Origin: Mobula birostris
Lineage: Eukaryota
DNA length: 64,000 nt
Assembly (NCBI RefSeq): GCF_030028105.1
Contig: NC_092375.1
Coordinates: 44,429,130 to 44,493,129, forward strand
Reading direction: 5' to 3'
Part shown: positions 47,080 to 59,800 of the stretch, piece by piece
Layout of the letters: each line of letters begins with the position of its first letter
Numbering within the stretch: position 1 is the first letter of the stretch
Program-made: the position numbers and the translations under genes
The notes under the pieces: model-generated
The model's input: the letters and a program-made list of their open reading frames with translations, nothing else
What the model was told of the DNA's origin: nothing
Database searches by the model: none

Positions 47080-47481
47080 CTGGAGGTTTAACCTTCACCT
47101 CCAGAATATTTGAAGATTTACTGATTTTCATCATCCACCGGTCCATTTGATTTTGATGCCACAGTTCTGCGATGCATTCGTACTTTCCTGCCTCCAAGTT
47201 ACTGGCTTTAGAGACAGCCAGGCGGATGTTGTTGGATGATGTCTTTATTATCGTGGTTTTGCTTTTAAAATGAGTTGCCTTCTCTCCCCATGTGATAGAA
47301 GTGTCACGGCCAAATGTGATGATGTCATAGCTGTTGGAAGATTCATTAGGCTGGAATTTCCACTTTACAGATACTAATACTCGAGGTGGATAGTTAGGCT
47401 TGATGAAACACTGGAGTTCAAACGTGTTGTTGTAGATCACCAAAGGTGTTCGTGTTATTGCAGTAACACTGAAACCAGTTT
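47080..47481 (-). CDS. IGSF3: IGSF3 exon, Ig V-type domain 5
   Basis: Acceptor tttgattacag|AA at 47481, donor CCAG|gtaagt at 47080; 402 nt, phase 1-1. ETGFSVTAITRTPLVIYNNTFELQCFIKPNYP...VSVKWKFQP...SSNNIRLAVSKASNLEAGKYECIAELW matches recalled human Ig5 (FAVTAISRTP...LQCIIKPHYP...SSNNVRLSISRASDTEAGKYQCVAELW). Confidence 0.95.
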
Positions 47482-47992
47482 CTGTAATCAAAAAAAGTGA
47501 TTGTGTCAACTTCCATCATATTACAATCAAAACAGACCGTGGTAAGAAATTCAAAGCTGCGCAGAAGAGATTATAAATCCACAGATTACACTCACTTCCA
47601 CAGCCTTGCGTCAGATGAAATTAATGTGAATGCGACTAGAACTGACGGAGAACAAGGCTGCGAGTGTTTAGTGCTGGAAATCAAAGGATCATTTCTCTCC
47701 TTTCAAACCACAAAAGGTTAACAAGATCTTTTGCCTGTTCTCTCCAAAACCCCTCATCCACATCTTCCTGAAAGCACCCACACGTACGTTCTCTTGGCTG
47801 TGTAGTCATTCTTCATACTTACACCTAGCCAAAATATTTGACTGTGGCTAGTCCTCAGATAGGCCTGGGTATGTACTAAATCAGCAAGTCTGAAACGCAC
47901 TTTTCCTTTTTCAGTTATATTACTTGGGGCCCAGAGATTATATTTACCAGATTTCATTATTCTCACTACTATCCTTCCCACACATTCCTACC

Positions 47993-48217
47993 TGTTATAT
48001 ATATTTGATACTTCAGTAATATTGTACAGATATTGTTTGTTTTAAATAATTTATTACTGGTTATATGTAAAAGTATGTGAATGGCATACGTCATTACAAC
48101 ACTACATCTGTTGTGCACGCCTCACTAAAGTAAAGAAAGTACGTACACAAGTTTATTCCTGGTCACCCGTGTTTTTCTTTCAAGTAGTTTTATGTTTTGC
48201 AGTTACAAAACTTAACA
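47993..48217 (+). repeat. Gypsy 5' LTR (225 bp)
   Basis: tgttat...ttacaaaacttaaca; aligns with 53227-53469 with many differences. Confidence 0.75.
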
Positions 48218-51200
48218 GTGCTGACAAGGAAGTTTTAAATGAACCCAAGATGATTACTTACCTGTTGCAGCACAGTGAGACATTTGAGTTAAAAAAAAAA
48301 GAGCAGTGAGACATTCTAGTTTCAAAAAACACAGCACGTGCATCTTTGGGAAGGGACATAGGTGGATAAGTTAAAAAAGGTAGAAACAGACAGAATTCAC
48401 GGGTTCATTAACAAAGAGTACTGGGTGATAATGATCATAAAGTAAAAATAAATCAGAAATGACTGGCTACATTGGAAAGATAGACATGTTCGATTGCACA
48501 AATAATAATTGGATATTGTATACTGAGTGAACTGAGCTGTATTTTGAAGCAAATGAAGTAGCCAATGAAAAGGAAGTGCCAATTTTGCTGAGTGCATTAG
48601 TTGGAAAGGCATATGGTTTGCTCAGAAGTTTGTCTGTTCCAATCAAACCAGCCAAACTGAGCTTTGCTGATTTCATAAAAGTAATGCAGGAACATTTAGA
48701 ACCCAAACCATCATTGATTGTAGAACACTTCAGGTTTCACAGGCAGAATAAAAAGGAAGGGGAGTCCATTTCAGCTTACATAGTTGTCAGCTCAGTGATG
48801 GCCTTAATGATGCATTGACAGATCGGTTAGTTTGTGGAATCTTGCAAGAAAGCATAAAAAATGGCTCCTAACTGAAGCACAACTCATTTAAAAGAGTGGT
48901 TGAAATTGCTATATCTATGGAAACAGCAAACAGCGATGCAATTGAATTGCAGTCATAAATGAAAGTGAGCGAGAACAAAATTGCAATGTCTAAACGAAAC
49001 CTGCCTGGCCCAACAAATCGTATTACCATCGTGGCAGGGGCTCACATACAGCAGACCAATGCAGGTTTAAAGGCAAAACTTGCAGAAAATGTAACAATGT
49101 AGGACACATACAAAGAGCATGCCCAGCAGACAAAAGTAAATGGACTGCACAGGGAAGAAAAAAAGATTAAAAAAGTCAAGTTGCGATTTCAAAAAGAGCC
49201 CTAATCTACATGCTGTTGATGAAAAACCTGATAATGTGTGTGACAAAGGACTGAATAGCCTTGAGATTTACAATATGAACACTAACAATAGACAAGCAAT
49301 ATGGCTTACACGAGAAGTTAATGACAAATTAATTAAAATAGAATTAGACACTGGCTCAGCTGTTTCAGTCATTCCATAAGATGAGTTTGAATGGCATATC
49401 TGAACTAAATCCTGCAGATATCCAACTAAGAAATTATTTTGGGGAAAAGAGTATGACATTCGTAACAATGAAATACAACCACCAACATGCCACATTGGGC
49501 TTTAACGTGGTAAAAACATGAGGGTCAGCACTGTAGGGTCGTGACTGGCAGAGAGAACTACAACTTGATTGGAGATTCAGCCATCATTTACATGCCACAT
49601 CCCCTGCAATAGAGTCAACTGAAAGCGAATTAAGTACTGGATGATGCCACAGCAGTGTTCAAGGATAGCACTGGAAAACTCAAACATCTCGAGGGTAAAA
49701 TAGAGTTGAATAAAAATGTCACACCCAAGTTTTACAAAGCAAGCTACTGCAGATCACCTGATGGATGAAGGAATTCCTTCCAAGGTTGAGTGGAGCCCAT
49801 GGGCAATGCCAATGGTTCCAGAGGCTGAGTAAAATGGGCCTGCCAGGATCTGTGGTGATTTTAAGGTTATCATCAACCCAGTACTGAAAGTAAATCAATA
49901 CTCTCTGCCAGGGTAGAGGATATCTTTGAAAATCTTCCTGGAGGAAAATAGTTCAATGAAGTGGACCTAGCTGAGGTTTTCTTACAGATGGAAATGGAGG
50001 AACAGTCCAAAGTGTTTCTCATCATGAACACTCACAAAGGGCTTTATTGCTATAAAAGGCTTATTTTTGGAGTAACATCCACACCTGCACTCTGGCAGAA
50101 AGCTATGGTCTAGGTACTGCAAGGCTGTCCAGGTACTCAGTGTCACCTGGATGACACCATTGTTACTTGTGAGGATGACAAGGAACATCTCCAAAATCTC
50201 AAGACAGTGTTACAAGAATTAGAAAATTATGCACTCAGGGCACAGCCCAGCAACTCTTTAAACCAAGTGTTATACAGTTGACACACTAGAATGTACAAGT
50301 GTGCTGAGAAAAATTTAAGCAGTGGTGGATACCCCAATGCTACAAGACATGTCAGAGTTCCAATGGACAAAGCAGTTCGAGATGGCCTTTCAAAAAGGTA
50401 AAGGAATGGTGACGTCAGACATTATGATCCACATTGTCCAGTGAAGCTTACCTGTGATGCGTCGCCCTACGGTATACATGCAGTCATGTCACATGTTATG
50501 AGTGGGAGAAATGAACGCCCCATAGCTTTTGTACTGCACTCCCTTAGTGCAGCAGAGGAAAATTTAACACAGATTGACAGAATGCCCTTGAGTCTGGTTT
50601 GGGCTGTAAAACATTTCAACCAGTACTTGTACGGGAGAGAGTTTACCCTCTTCACTGATCATCAACCACTAGTGTCCATTTTCAATCGATGGAATGGTGT
50701 TCCATTAACAGCAGCAGCACGAGTGCAGAGATGGACTCTGTTTTTTGGAGGACACAATTACAAGTTCAAGTTCAAGAGGACAACTAATCCTGGAAATGCT
50801 GATGGATTGTTCTATTTACCCTTGGAAAAGGAATTAGCTGAAACTTTACAAAAAAGGACACTCCCCTTGATGTATTCTCCCTAACACAAACCGATAGTGT
50901 CCCTATGGGAGAGCTGATCCAAAAGAAAATCAGAAGACACCCCATACTGTCTGAGGTCTATATGGCCACCTGAAATGACCTGAATATTTCCCCCACTTTT
51001 ACTAGCGCCTGGACAAACTTGCCCTTGACAGAGGTTTCCTTATGTAGGGATTGGGAGTTGTTGTATCATACAAGCTAAGAGCTAAAGTGTTAAGGGAAGT
51101 TACAAGCTGGTCATCTAGGCATAGTTACAATGAAAGCATTGGCTCAAAACTTTGTCTGGTGGCCTGGGATAGATCAACAGGTCAAGCAGCTTGCCAAGCA

Positions 51201-51454
51201 CTGTTCAGGATGCCAACATTTCCGGAAGGTGCCAAGAACAGTGCCTCTTCATCCCTGGGAATGGCTTGCATTGCCCTGGCAGAGGATTCATATAGATTTT
51301 GCCGGACCGTCATGGGCACAAATTTTTTGTAGTAGTGGAATCAGGCACAAAGAGGCCAGAAGTATTCCCAATGGCCTCCAATACAGCCTCACACAATGTT
51401 GGTGTGTTGAGAAGTCTCCTTTCAAGGACTGGTGTTTCAGAACACTTAACCAGT

Positions 51455-52364
51455 TACTTCACTTTATTGTCACCAAACAATTGATACTAGAGTGTACAAT
51501 CATCACAGTGATATTTGATTCTGTGCTTCGCGTTCCCTGGATTACAAATCGATAGCAAATATTAAAAATTTAAATTATAAATCATAAATAGAAAATACAA
51601 AAGGGAAAGTAAGGAAGTGCAAAAAAAAAAACGAGAAACAGGTCCAGATATTTGGAGGTTACAGCCCAGATCCGGGTCAGGATCCGTTCAGATGGAAAGA
51701 AGCTGTTCCCAAATCTGGCCGTACAGGTCTTCAAGCTCCTGAGCCTTCTCCCCGAGGGAAGAGGGACAAAAAGTGTGTTGGCTGGGTGGGTCGTGTCCTT
51801 GATTATCCTGGCAGCACTGCTCCGACAGCGCGCGGTGTAAAGTGAGTCCAAGGACGGAATATTGGTTTGTGTGATGTGCTGTGCCGTGTTCACAATCTTC
51901 TGCAGCTTCTTCCAGTCTTGGATAGGACAACTTCCATACCAGGTTGTGATGCACCCTAGAAGAATGCTTTCTATGGTGCATCTATAAAAATTAGTGAGGG
52001 TTTTAGGGGACAGGCCAAATTTCTTTAGCTTTCTCAGGCAGTAAAGGCGCTGGTGGGCCTTTTTGGCAGTGAACTCTGCTTGGTTAGACCAAGTCAGGTC
52101 ATTTGTGATGTTGACCCCGAGGAAATTAAAACTTTTGACCTGTTCCACTTGCGCACCACCGATGTAAATCGGGTTGTACGGTCCGCTACTCCTTCTGAAG
52201 TCAACAACCAATTCCTTCGTCTTGCAGACGTTGAGGGATAGGTTATTGTCTTCGCACCATGCCACCAGGTTCTTAATTTCCTCTCTGTACTCAAACTCAT
52301 CATTACCCGAGATACAGCCTACAATTGTTGTGTCATCAGCAAACTTATATCTTGAGTTCGATGG
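51455..52364 (-). mobile_element. 5'-truncated Rex1/Babar LINE inserted in the Gypsy integrase, 7-bp TSD
   Basis: AACCAGT at 51448-51454 and 52365-52371. YKFADDTTIVG near 52345, and ORF 51582-52265 (WCEDNNLSLNVCKTKELVVDFR...FLGVNITNDLTW...AHQRLYCLRKL). The tail reads AATAAAGTGAAGTA on the minus strand. Confidence 0.92.
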
Positions 52365-53226
52365 AACCAGTGATAATGGACCACAGTTTGTTGTGAAACA
52401 GTTTCAGCCACTCCTGAAAATGAATGGAATAAGACAAATTACATCGGCATCATACCACTCAGCTACAAATGGTTTGGTGGAAAGGTTTGTCCGAGTCTGA
52501 AGAACACACAGTGAGCAATGCCAGCAGAACACACTACACTGACACTAAATCAGAAGCTTGCTAATTTCCTCCTTGCATATTACAACCTAGCACACACCAC
52601 AGCCCACAATTCACCAGCCATGCTGTTCCTGGGTTGTCCCTTGCACTCATGCTTGGATCTCCTCAAACCCAATCTCAGAAGGAGTATGCAGGACAAACAG
52701 CGGAGACAAATTGAAGGCTCCTCAAGCAAACACGTTCGACGTTTCATTCCTGGACAGGCAGTCCTGGTGATGGACTACAGAGGTGATTAAAAATGGGTAT
52801 TGGGAAAGGTTATGGACAGAACTGGACCACTCTCCTACACAGCAGAGAATGTGTTTGGTATCATCTGGAGACGGCACATCAATCAGCTGTGGAGAGCAGG
52901 ATCCACTGTTAGAGAAGAAAGATGCCCAGAGCTGTCAGAGCCACTTCCTGCAGTCCCAGAGTCAACTCCTACAACCTCAATGCAGGAGGACCCAGAACCT
53001 GAGATTGTTTCAAAGCCACAAGTCTCACCTGCCAAGCAGAGTGAGCCCCATCCTCGTCAGGAAAGATGTTATCCCACAAGAGTAAGAAATCCTTTAAGCC
53101 TGAATGGGGTAATTTAAAATTTACTGTACTGTGTATGGCTACATAGTAGTTGTACTAATACCATTATATATTTAAACTGAGATGCATTCTGTACTGAGTT
53201 GGAGTTTATAGCTAAGTAGGGAGGTG

Positions 53227-53469
53227 TGCTGTGTAATATTTCAGTAATATTTGAGTAATATTGTAAAATATATTGTTTGATTAAACATTGATTGTTGTTA
53301 CATAAAACATTACGGGTTACATCTAAAAGTACTTGAGTAGCTCATGACATAATGCCATTACCTCTCACGTGTTCATCTTACTAGAAGTAAAATGCAACTA
53401 GACACGTTATTCCCAGCTCCGTGATTTTCTTTCCACTACTTTTACGTTTTGGAGCTACAAAACACAACA
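53227..53469 (+). repeat. Gypsy 3' LTR (243 bp)
   Basis: tgctgt...ctacaaaacacaaca, immediately after the polypurine tract. Confidence 0.75.
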
Positions 53470-53997
53470 CCACCCACTGCTTGGAACCTCAAGGAAAATT
53501 CACAGCTGGTTATGAAACAACTGACAATGAGGTCGGCAAAATAATCACCAGGAGTTTCCTATACTAACTTTTGTTAATCACTGTTGGCCAATACTTCCTG
53601 CTAGGTTTTTATGTGACAAAAAGGTATGTATATTTGTGACAAACTATGTATTAGTTCTTGAAAAAGTTCACCACTGTGTGCTTGTCATCATCATAATGTA
53701 GTCAACTCTGTAAAACTTGGTTTGTTTTGATTAGATTTCAGATTAATCAGAGTCATTTCCATCTTTTTTTTTAAGTTCTATCATATTATTGTTTCCTCTT
53801 CTAAAGGGAGCTTACCTGCATAATTATCAGTTAACCAATTGTCATTGCTTAATACCAAAATAGTCTGCTCCCAAGTCAACACGATGATCTAGAAAATCTA
53901 GGTATAATCAAAACAGTTTAACTTTTGACAATCAGGCACTAACTAGAGGAAAGGACAGAAAATCTTCTGTTCTTGGGTTTTTGGCGCAGGCACTTAC

Positions 53998-54399
53998 CAA
54001 GGGGAGTAACCACTGCTACAGTGCGAGCAGATTGTTTTCCAATTCGCTGCCAGTCTCCAACCATATTTGTGATCCACTCAGCCACTGTACAAACGTACAC
54101 TCCGTCATCTGATACTGCTGCGTTGTGGAGTTGGAGCATGAAGGAACCTGGCTGCTGTTTGACCAACCTGAGGTCTCCGCTAGCGCCACGCTTCTGATAG
54201 AACGTATTCGTAACTTGAGTCCCATCCTGGTGCAGGCTGATGATGTCCCTGGCCTGTCCCCGTTTGCTTATTAACTGCCAGGTGACAGAGAGACGACTGT
54301 GGTTTCTGATTAGTGAATGGATGTTGCAGAAAAACTGAAGCATCTCACCCTCCAAAACCTTGGTGGTGTTACTGGTAACGGTGACATCCAAATTACTTT
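53998..54399 (-). CDS. IGSF3: IGSF3 exon, Ig V-type domain 4
   Basis: Acceptor gtcttctacag|AA at 54399, donor CTTG|gtaagt at 53998; 402 nt, phase 1-1. KSNLDVTVTSNTTKVLEGEMLQFFC...LSVTWQLI...DDGVYVCTVAEWITNMVGDWQRIGKQSA. Confidence 0.93.
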
Positions 54400-54479
54400 C
54401 TGTAGAAGACAAAATGCCATAAGTACAACTGGTAGTTTCATAGAATAATAACTAAGAAGGTACAAGGATAAGAAATGGA

Positions 54480-55030
54480 ACAGGAACAGCAGCAGGCCAA
54501 CAAGTACTATGAACCTTCTCTGACATATATTATGATCATGGCTGACCTATTACCTCAGCATCACTTTCTAGCCTTATCCCCAAATCCCCTTAAAATTCAA
54601 AAATTTATCAATCCACTTTGTGATGAGCACAACTGTTGATTCTCCATGGCCCCTCAGGATAATGAATTCTAATAGATTACCAACCCTGGAGTGAAGAACA
54701 ATTTCCTCATCACACTCATAATACACCAATTTTGAAACTATGGCCAACAGCCCTAGATTTTTCCCTGCATCAAGTCTGTCAAATCCTTCAAGAACTGTGT
54801 GTTTCAGTGAGGTCCCTCTCATTCTTCCCAAACATTAGAGAACACAGGCTACTCAGTCTTTCCTCACAAATCCTACCTCCCTCCCCCATACTTCGAATCA
54901 ATCTACTGAATCTTTGTTGCACTCCCTCCACGTCATGCTCATCCTTTCTGAGGTAAGGTGGCCGAAAAAGAACACTATACTCTTGGTCCAGTCTCACCAG
55001 AGGCCTTGTACAATTCCAGTTTGACTTCCC
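54480..55030 (-). mobile_element. Degraded CR1 LINE 3' portion
   Basis: LYKASGETGP-type and FDRLDAG segments on the minus strand (ORFs 54574-54831, 54788-55045); CR1 3' UTR-like start at about 54480. Confidence 0.75.
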
Positions 55031-55144
55031 TACCCCAGTAATCAAATCCTCTTCTAATAAAGGCTTTGGAAGATGATAACCATAGCATTCATTATCTCAA
55101 AAGCAACCTCTTTCAAAACACTGTGATTTCAAACTGACTGAACC

Positions 55145-57898
55145 GGCAAAATGGCCATTACAGAGACTTGGCTGGCACCAGAGCAGGAATGGATTCTCAA
55201 TATTCCTGGATTTCAGTGCTTTAAAAGGGATAGAGAGGGGGGAAAAGGGGGAGGAGGGGTGGCATTACTGGTCAGGAATACTGTTACAGCTACAGAAAGG
55301 GTAATGTAGCAGAATCCTCTTTTGAGTCAGTATGGGTGGAAGTCAAGAACAGGAAGGGAGCAGTTACTCTATTGGGGGCATTCTATAGGCCCCCTGGTAG
55401 CAGCAGAGATACAGATGAGCAGATTGGGAGGCAGATTTTGGAAAGGTGCAAAAATAACAGTGTTGTTATCATGGGTGACTTTAACTTCCCTAATATTGAT
55501 TGGCACTTGATTAATTCCAAGGGTTTAGACAGGGCAGAGTTTGTTAAGTGTGTCCTGGATGGATTCCTGTCACAGTATGTTGACAGGCCGACTAGGGGGA
55601 ATGCCATACTAGATCTAGTACTAGGTAACGAACTGGGTCAGGTCACAGATCTCTCTGTGGGTGAGCATCTGGGGGACAGTGACCACCGCTCACTGGCCTT
55701 TAGCATTATCATAGAAAAGGATAGAATCAGAGAGGGCATGAAAATTTTTAATTGGGGAAGGGCAAATTATGAGACTATAAGGCTAGAACTTGCGGGTGTG
55801 AATTGGGATGATGTTTTCGCAGGGAAATGTACCATGTGGTCATGTTTAGAGATCTCTTGCGGGATGTTAGGGATAAATTTGTCCCGGTGAGGAAGATAAA
55901 GAATGGTAGGGTGAAGGAACCATGGGTGACAAGTGAGGTGGAATCTCTAGTCAGGTGGAAGAAGGCAGCATACATGAGGTTTAGGAAGCAAGGATCAGAT
56001 GGGTCTATTCAGGAATATAAGGAAAAGCAAGAAAGGAGCTTGAGAAGGGGCTGAGAAGAGCAAGAAGGGGGCATGAGAAGGCCGTGGCGAGTAGGATAAA
56101 GGAAAACCCCAAGGCATTCTTCAATTATGTGAAGAAAAAAAGGATGACAGGAGTGAAGGTAAGACCAATTAGAGATAAAAGCGGGAAGATGTGCCTGGAG
56201 GCTGTGGAAGTGAGCGAGGTCCTCAATGAATACTTCTCTTCGGTATTCACCAATGACAGGGAACTTGATGACGGTGAGGACAATATGAGTGAGGTTGATG
56301 TTCTGGAGCATGTTGATATTAAGGGAGAGGAGCTGTTGGAGTTGTTAAAATACATTAGGACGGATAGGTCCCCGGGGCCTGACGGAATATTCCCCAGGCT
56401 GCTCCATGAGGTGAGGGAAGAGATTGCTGAGCCTCTGGCTAGGATCTTTATGTCCTAGTTGTCCACTGGAATGGTACCGGAGGATTGGAGGGAGGCGAAT
56501 GTTGTTCCCTTGTTCAAAAAAGGTAGTAGGGATAGTCCAGGTAATTATAGACCAGTGAGCCTTACGTCTGTGGTGGGAAAGCTGTTGGAAAAGATTCTTA
56601 GAGATAGGATCTCTGGGCATTTAGAGAACCTTGGTCTGATCAGGGACAGTCAGCATGGCTTTGTGAAAGGCAGATCGTGTCCAACAACCCTGATAGAGTT
56701 CTTTGAGGAGGTAACCAGGTATATAGATGAAGGTAGTGCAGTGTATGTGATCTACATGGATTTTAGTAAGGCATTTGACAAAGTTCCACATAGTAGGCTT
56801 ATTCAGAAAGTCAGAAGGCATGGGATCTAGGGAAGTTTGGCCAGATGGATTCAGAATTGGCTTGCCTGCAGAAGGCAGAGAGTCGTGGTGGAGGGAGTAC
56901 ATTCAGATTGGAGGGTTGTGACTAGTGGTGTCCCACAAGGATCGGTCCTGGGACCTCTACTTTTCATGATTTTTATTCGTGACCTGGATGTGGGGGTAGA
57001 AGGGTGGGTTGGCAAGTTTGCAGATGACACAAAGGTTGGTGGTGTTGTAGGTAGTGTAGGGGATTGTCGAAGACTGCAGAGAGACATTGATAGGATGCAA
57101 AAGTGGGCTGAGAAGTGTCAGATGGATTTCAACCCGAAGAAGTATGAGGTGGTACATTTTGGAAGGACAAACTCCAAGGCAGAGTACAAAGTAAATGGCA
57201 GGATACTTGGTAGTGTGGAGGAGCAGAGTGATCTGGGGGTACATGTCCACAGATCCCTGAAAGTTGCCTCACAGGTAGATGGGGTAGTTAAGAAAGCTTA
57301 TGGGGTGTTAGCTTTCATAAATTGAGGAATTGAGTTTAAGAGTCGCGAGGTAATGATGCAGCTCTATAAAACTCTGGTTAGGCCACACTTGGAGTACTGT
57401 GTCCAGTTCTGTTCACTTCACTATAGGAAGGATGTGGAAGCATTGGAAGGGTACAGAGGAGATTTACCAGGATGCTGCCTGGTTTAGAGAGTTTGCATTA
57501 TGATCAGAGATTAAGAGAGCTAGGGCTTGGGAAGGAGGAGGAGAGGAGACATGATAGAGGTGTACAAGATAGTAAGAGGAATAGATAGGGTGGACAGCCA
57601 GCACCTCTTCCCCAGGGCACCACTGCTCAATACAAGAGGACATGGCTTTAAGGTAAGGGGTGGGAAGTTCAAGGGGGATATTAGAGGAAGGTTTTTTACT
57701 CAGAGAGTGGTTGGTGCATGGAATGCACTGCCTGAGTCAGTGGTGGAGGCAGATACACTAGTGAAGTTTGAGACTACTAGACAGGTATATGGAGGAATTT
57801 AAGGTGGGGAGTTATATGGGAGGCAGGGTTTGAGGGTCGGCACAACATTGTGGGCCGAACAGCCTGTACTGTGCTGTATTATTCTGTTCTATGTTCTA
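55145..57898 (+). mobile_element. CR1 LINE with nearly full-length but multiply disrupted ORF2
   Basis: AITETWL (APE start, about 55155), GDFNFPNIDW, LDLVL..SDH, QHGFVKGRSC, YMDFSKAFDKV, GVPQGSVLGP and KFADDTKVGG, spread over six or more ORF pieces. The tail reads cacaacattgtgggccg...ttctatgttcta. Confidence 0.95.
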
Positions 57899-59800
57899 AA
57901 ATAATGTTTATATTTTTAGAATTATAGCCCGCTGGATTACTATTCTACTGTTAATCAATATAATATAAAAATTACTGAATCTGATTTGTATTTAATCTGA
58001 TTTGAGCAGAAGCTGCCTACTGTACATCTGGTGATGTTAATTCCTTAGGGCCTTGGTAATCATGACAGGGTTTGTCTTAAGCAAAATATTTTGAGAATGC
58101 CAACTAATGTTTTTTAATGCCCATTTTGATTGTTTTGATGGTATAATCTTACTGTAGATTAACCTTGCTTTAAATTTTTAGGCTGAGCTACAGAGTTTCC
58201 ACTTTTCTTTGCTTGAAGACATGACATCATGGGTTGGCTACGTTATTTTCAATGCTTATTAAAAATGACAAGAAAAAATTCCTGTGTTTGCCTTCTGGTC
58301 ATGCCATCCTGAATTATTTCCTATAAAAAGATTTAACTTCAGATTACAGGAAGTGCAGAGTTACCAAAAGAAACTGACTTTTGCATTGACCATGAATAAA
58401 AAATGTTGGAAAGAATACGTTAATGTTACAGATGAGTGAATACCTTTTCATCTTCCCACAAGGACACTTCACTTTCAATTCCCTCTTCTAAGCAGAAAGA
58501 GGATATGGGGCAAAAACTTGCTATGAGCAATGTTAATCTGGCATGCTCATTCCAAATTCTACTTTAACGGAGAGATTAACTTGTAAAAAAAAAGATTGTA
58601 ATTATTGTAATGTTGTAATTATCACAGAAAGAGGAAAACTCAAGCAAGAGTAAATACAATGATAATCCAGCTGTCTCCACACTGTTCACAGTGTAATTTT
58701 AATTTTAACTTCACTGAAAAATTGGAAACTGAATTGCAAATGAGTAGCCCTTGAATTGAGGCAATTAAAACTGCAGGTGGAAGAAAATTGCAGAGGCTTC
58801 CACGCTCTGTGCTCTGCCATTAGTCCAGACACTGATTTCACGCTGTCCTCTTCACGTCATACAACGCTTTGGAAAACAGTAGCTTGAAGCATTCTCATCC
58901 CAACAAGCGACTCTAGGCACAAAATACATTCATCATTCTATTCATTTCTTACTGAGGATCCATGTACTTTCAAGTTTGAAATCTGGTGTTAAGTCATATT
59001 GTAGTGCTGCTTTAGTAAATCCAAATTATGATTAATTTTGGAGAAAAATAAACAAACGGAAGTTTGTTCACTGGTAGCATTGGTTAGTGATTACCAGTCA
59101 ACCAGTGAGGTCAGGTTTTATTCATGCCTGCATGAGTAATGCTTCTGACAATGGCATTTGTCAGGCAGATGCAAAACTCAGTCAACACTCAGTAGTCAAA
59201 GGCATGTCATTCAAAATCAAAAGAGCTTGCAGCAATATATACTTTGGAGTGGGACTGCAGTATGACAGCAAAACTAGAAATATAAACAGTTCCAAAAATA
59301 CTTCTTACTTCTGTTACATCTTTATATGTTATTGTTCTTAGAAGAACAAACTGGGCCTAAAGATGCCCTTTGTTATGTTACTAAAAAATGGGTTGGGTCA
59401 AGAAACTGGTTTCTTGTAAAAAGGTATCAAAGATAAGAAAAGCTTATGTAACCATGAGTGAGATTTTTGTTTTTCTTGTACAGATAGAGTTTTGTCACTT
59501 AGCAACACTATCTTCACACTGCTGGGAGCAAACTTGACAATATGAGAACTGTAAATTAACTCTTTGTTTAGATTATTTGAATTTAAAGTATGAGATAACA
59601 GTAACTGCAGAGAAAGACTGTTTCTGATAAATTACTCTTCAACTGGAGGCAATACTGTATCTAATCAGCTTCTTCATCTGTGCAGAAAAGGGATACAAAA
59701 AAAATCTGGAGTCCTCCAGCTGTTATTCCTGGCTACCAAAATTTTACATGTTGATAATACTGCGAGTGAGAATTAGAATTTTTTTTAGACAGTTACTTAC

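Larger units (their letters stand above)
47993..53469 (+). mobile_element. Degenerate Ty3/Gypsy LTR retrotransposon
   Basis: TG...CA LTRs, a degenerate PBS (gtgctgacaagg at 48218) and a PPT (agtagggaggtg before 53227). Remnants of gag (48576-48818), a zinc knuckle (C..C...GH....C near 49080-49125), protease LDTGSAVS, RT HLDD (50144), RNase H CDASPYG and integrase (WWPGID..CSGC, IHIDFAGP, SDNGPQF). Many stops and frameshifts. Flanks ctacc and ccacc. Confidence 0.92.

Noticed and set aside
54400-59800. Short alternative exon between Ig3 and Ig4 (a 20-aa insert is recalled in one human isoform)
   Set aside because: No phase 1-1 AG...GT segment with similarity was found by eye. A candidate acceptor near 58320 runs into a stop without a donor.
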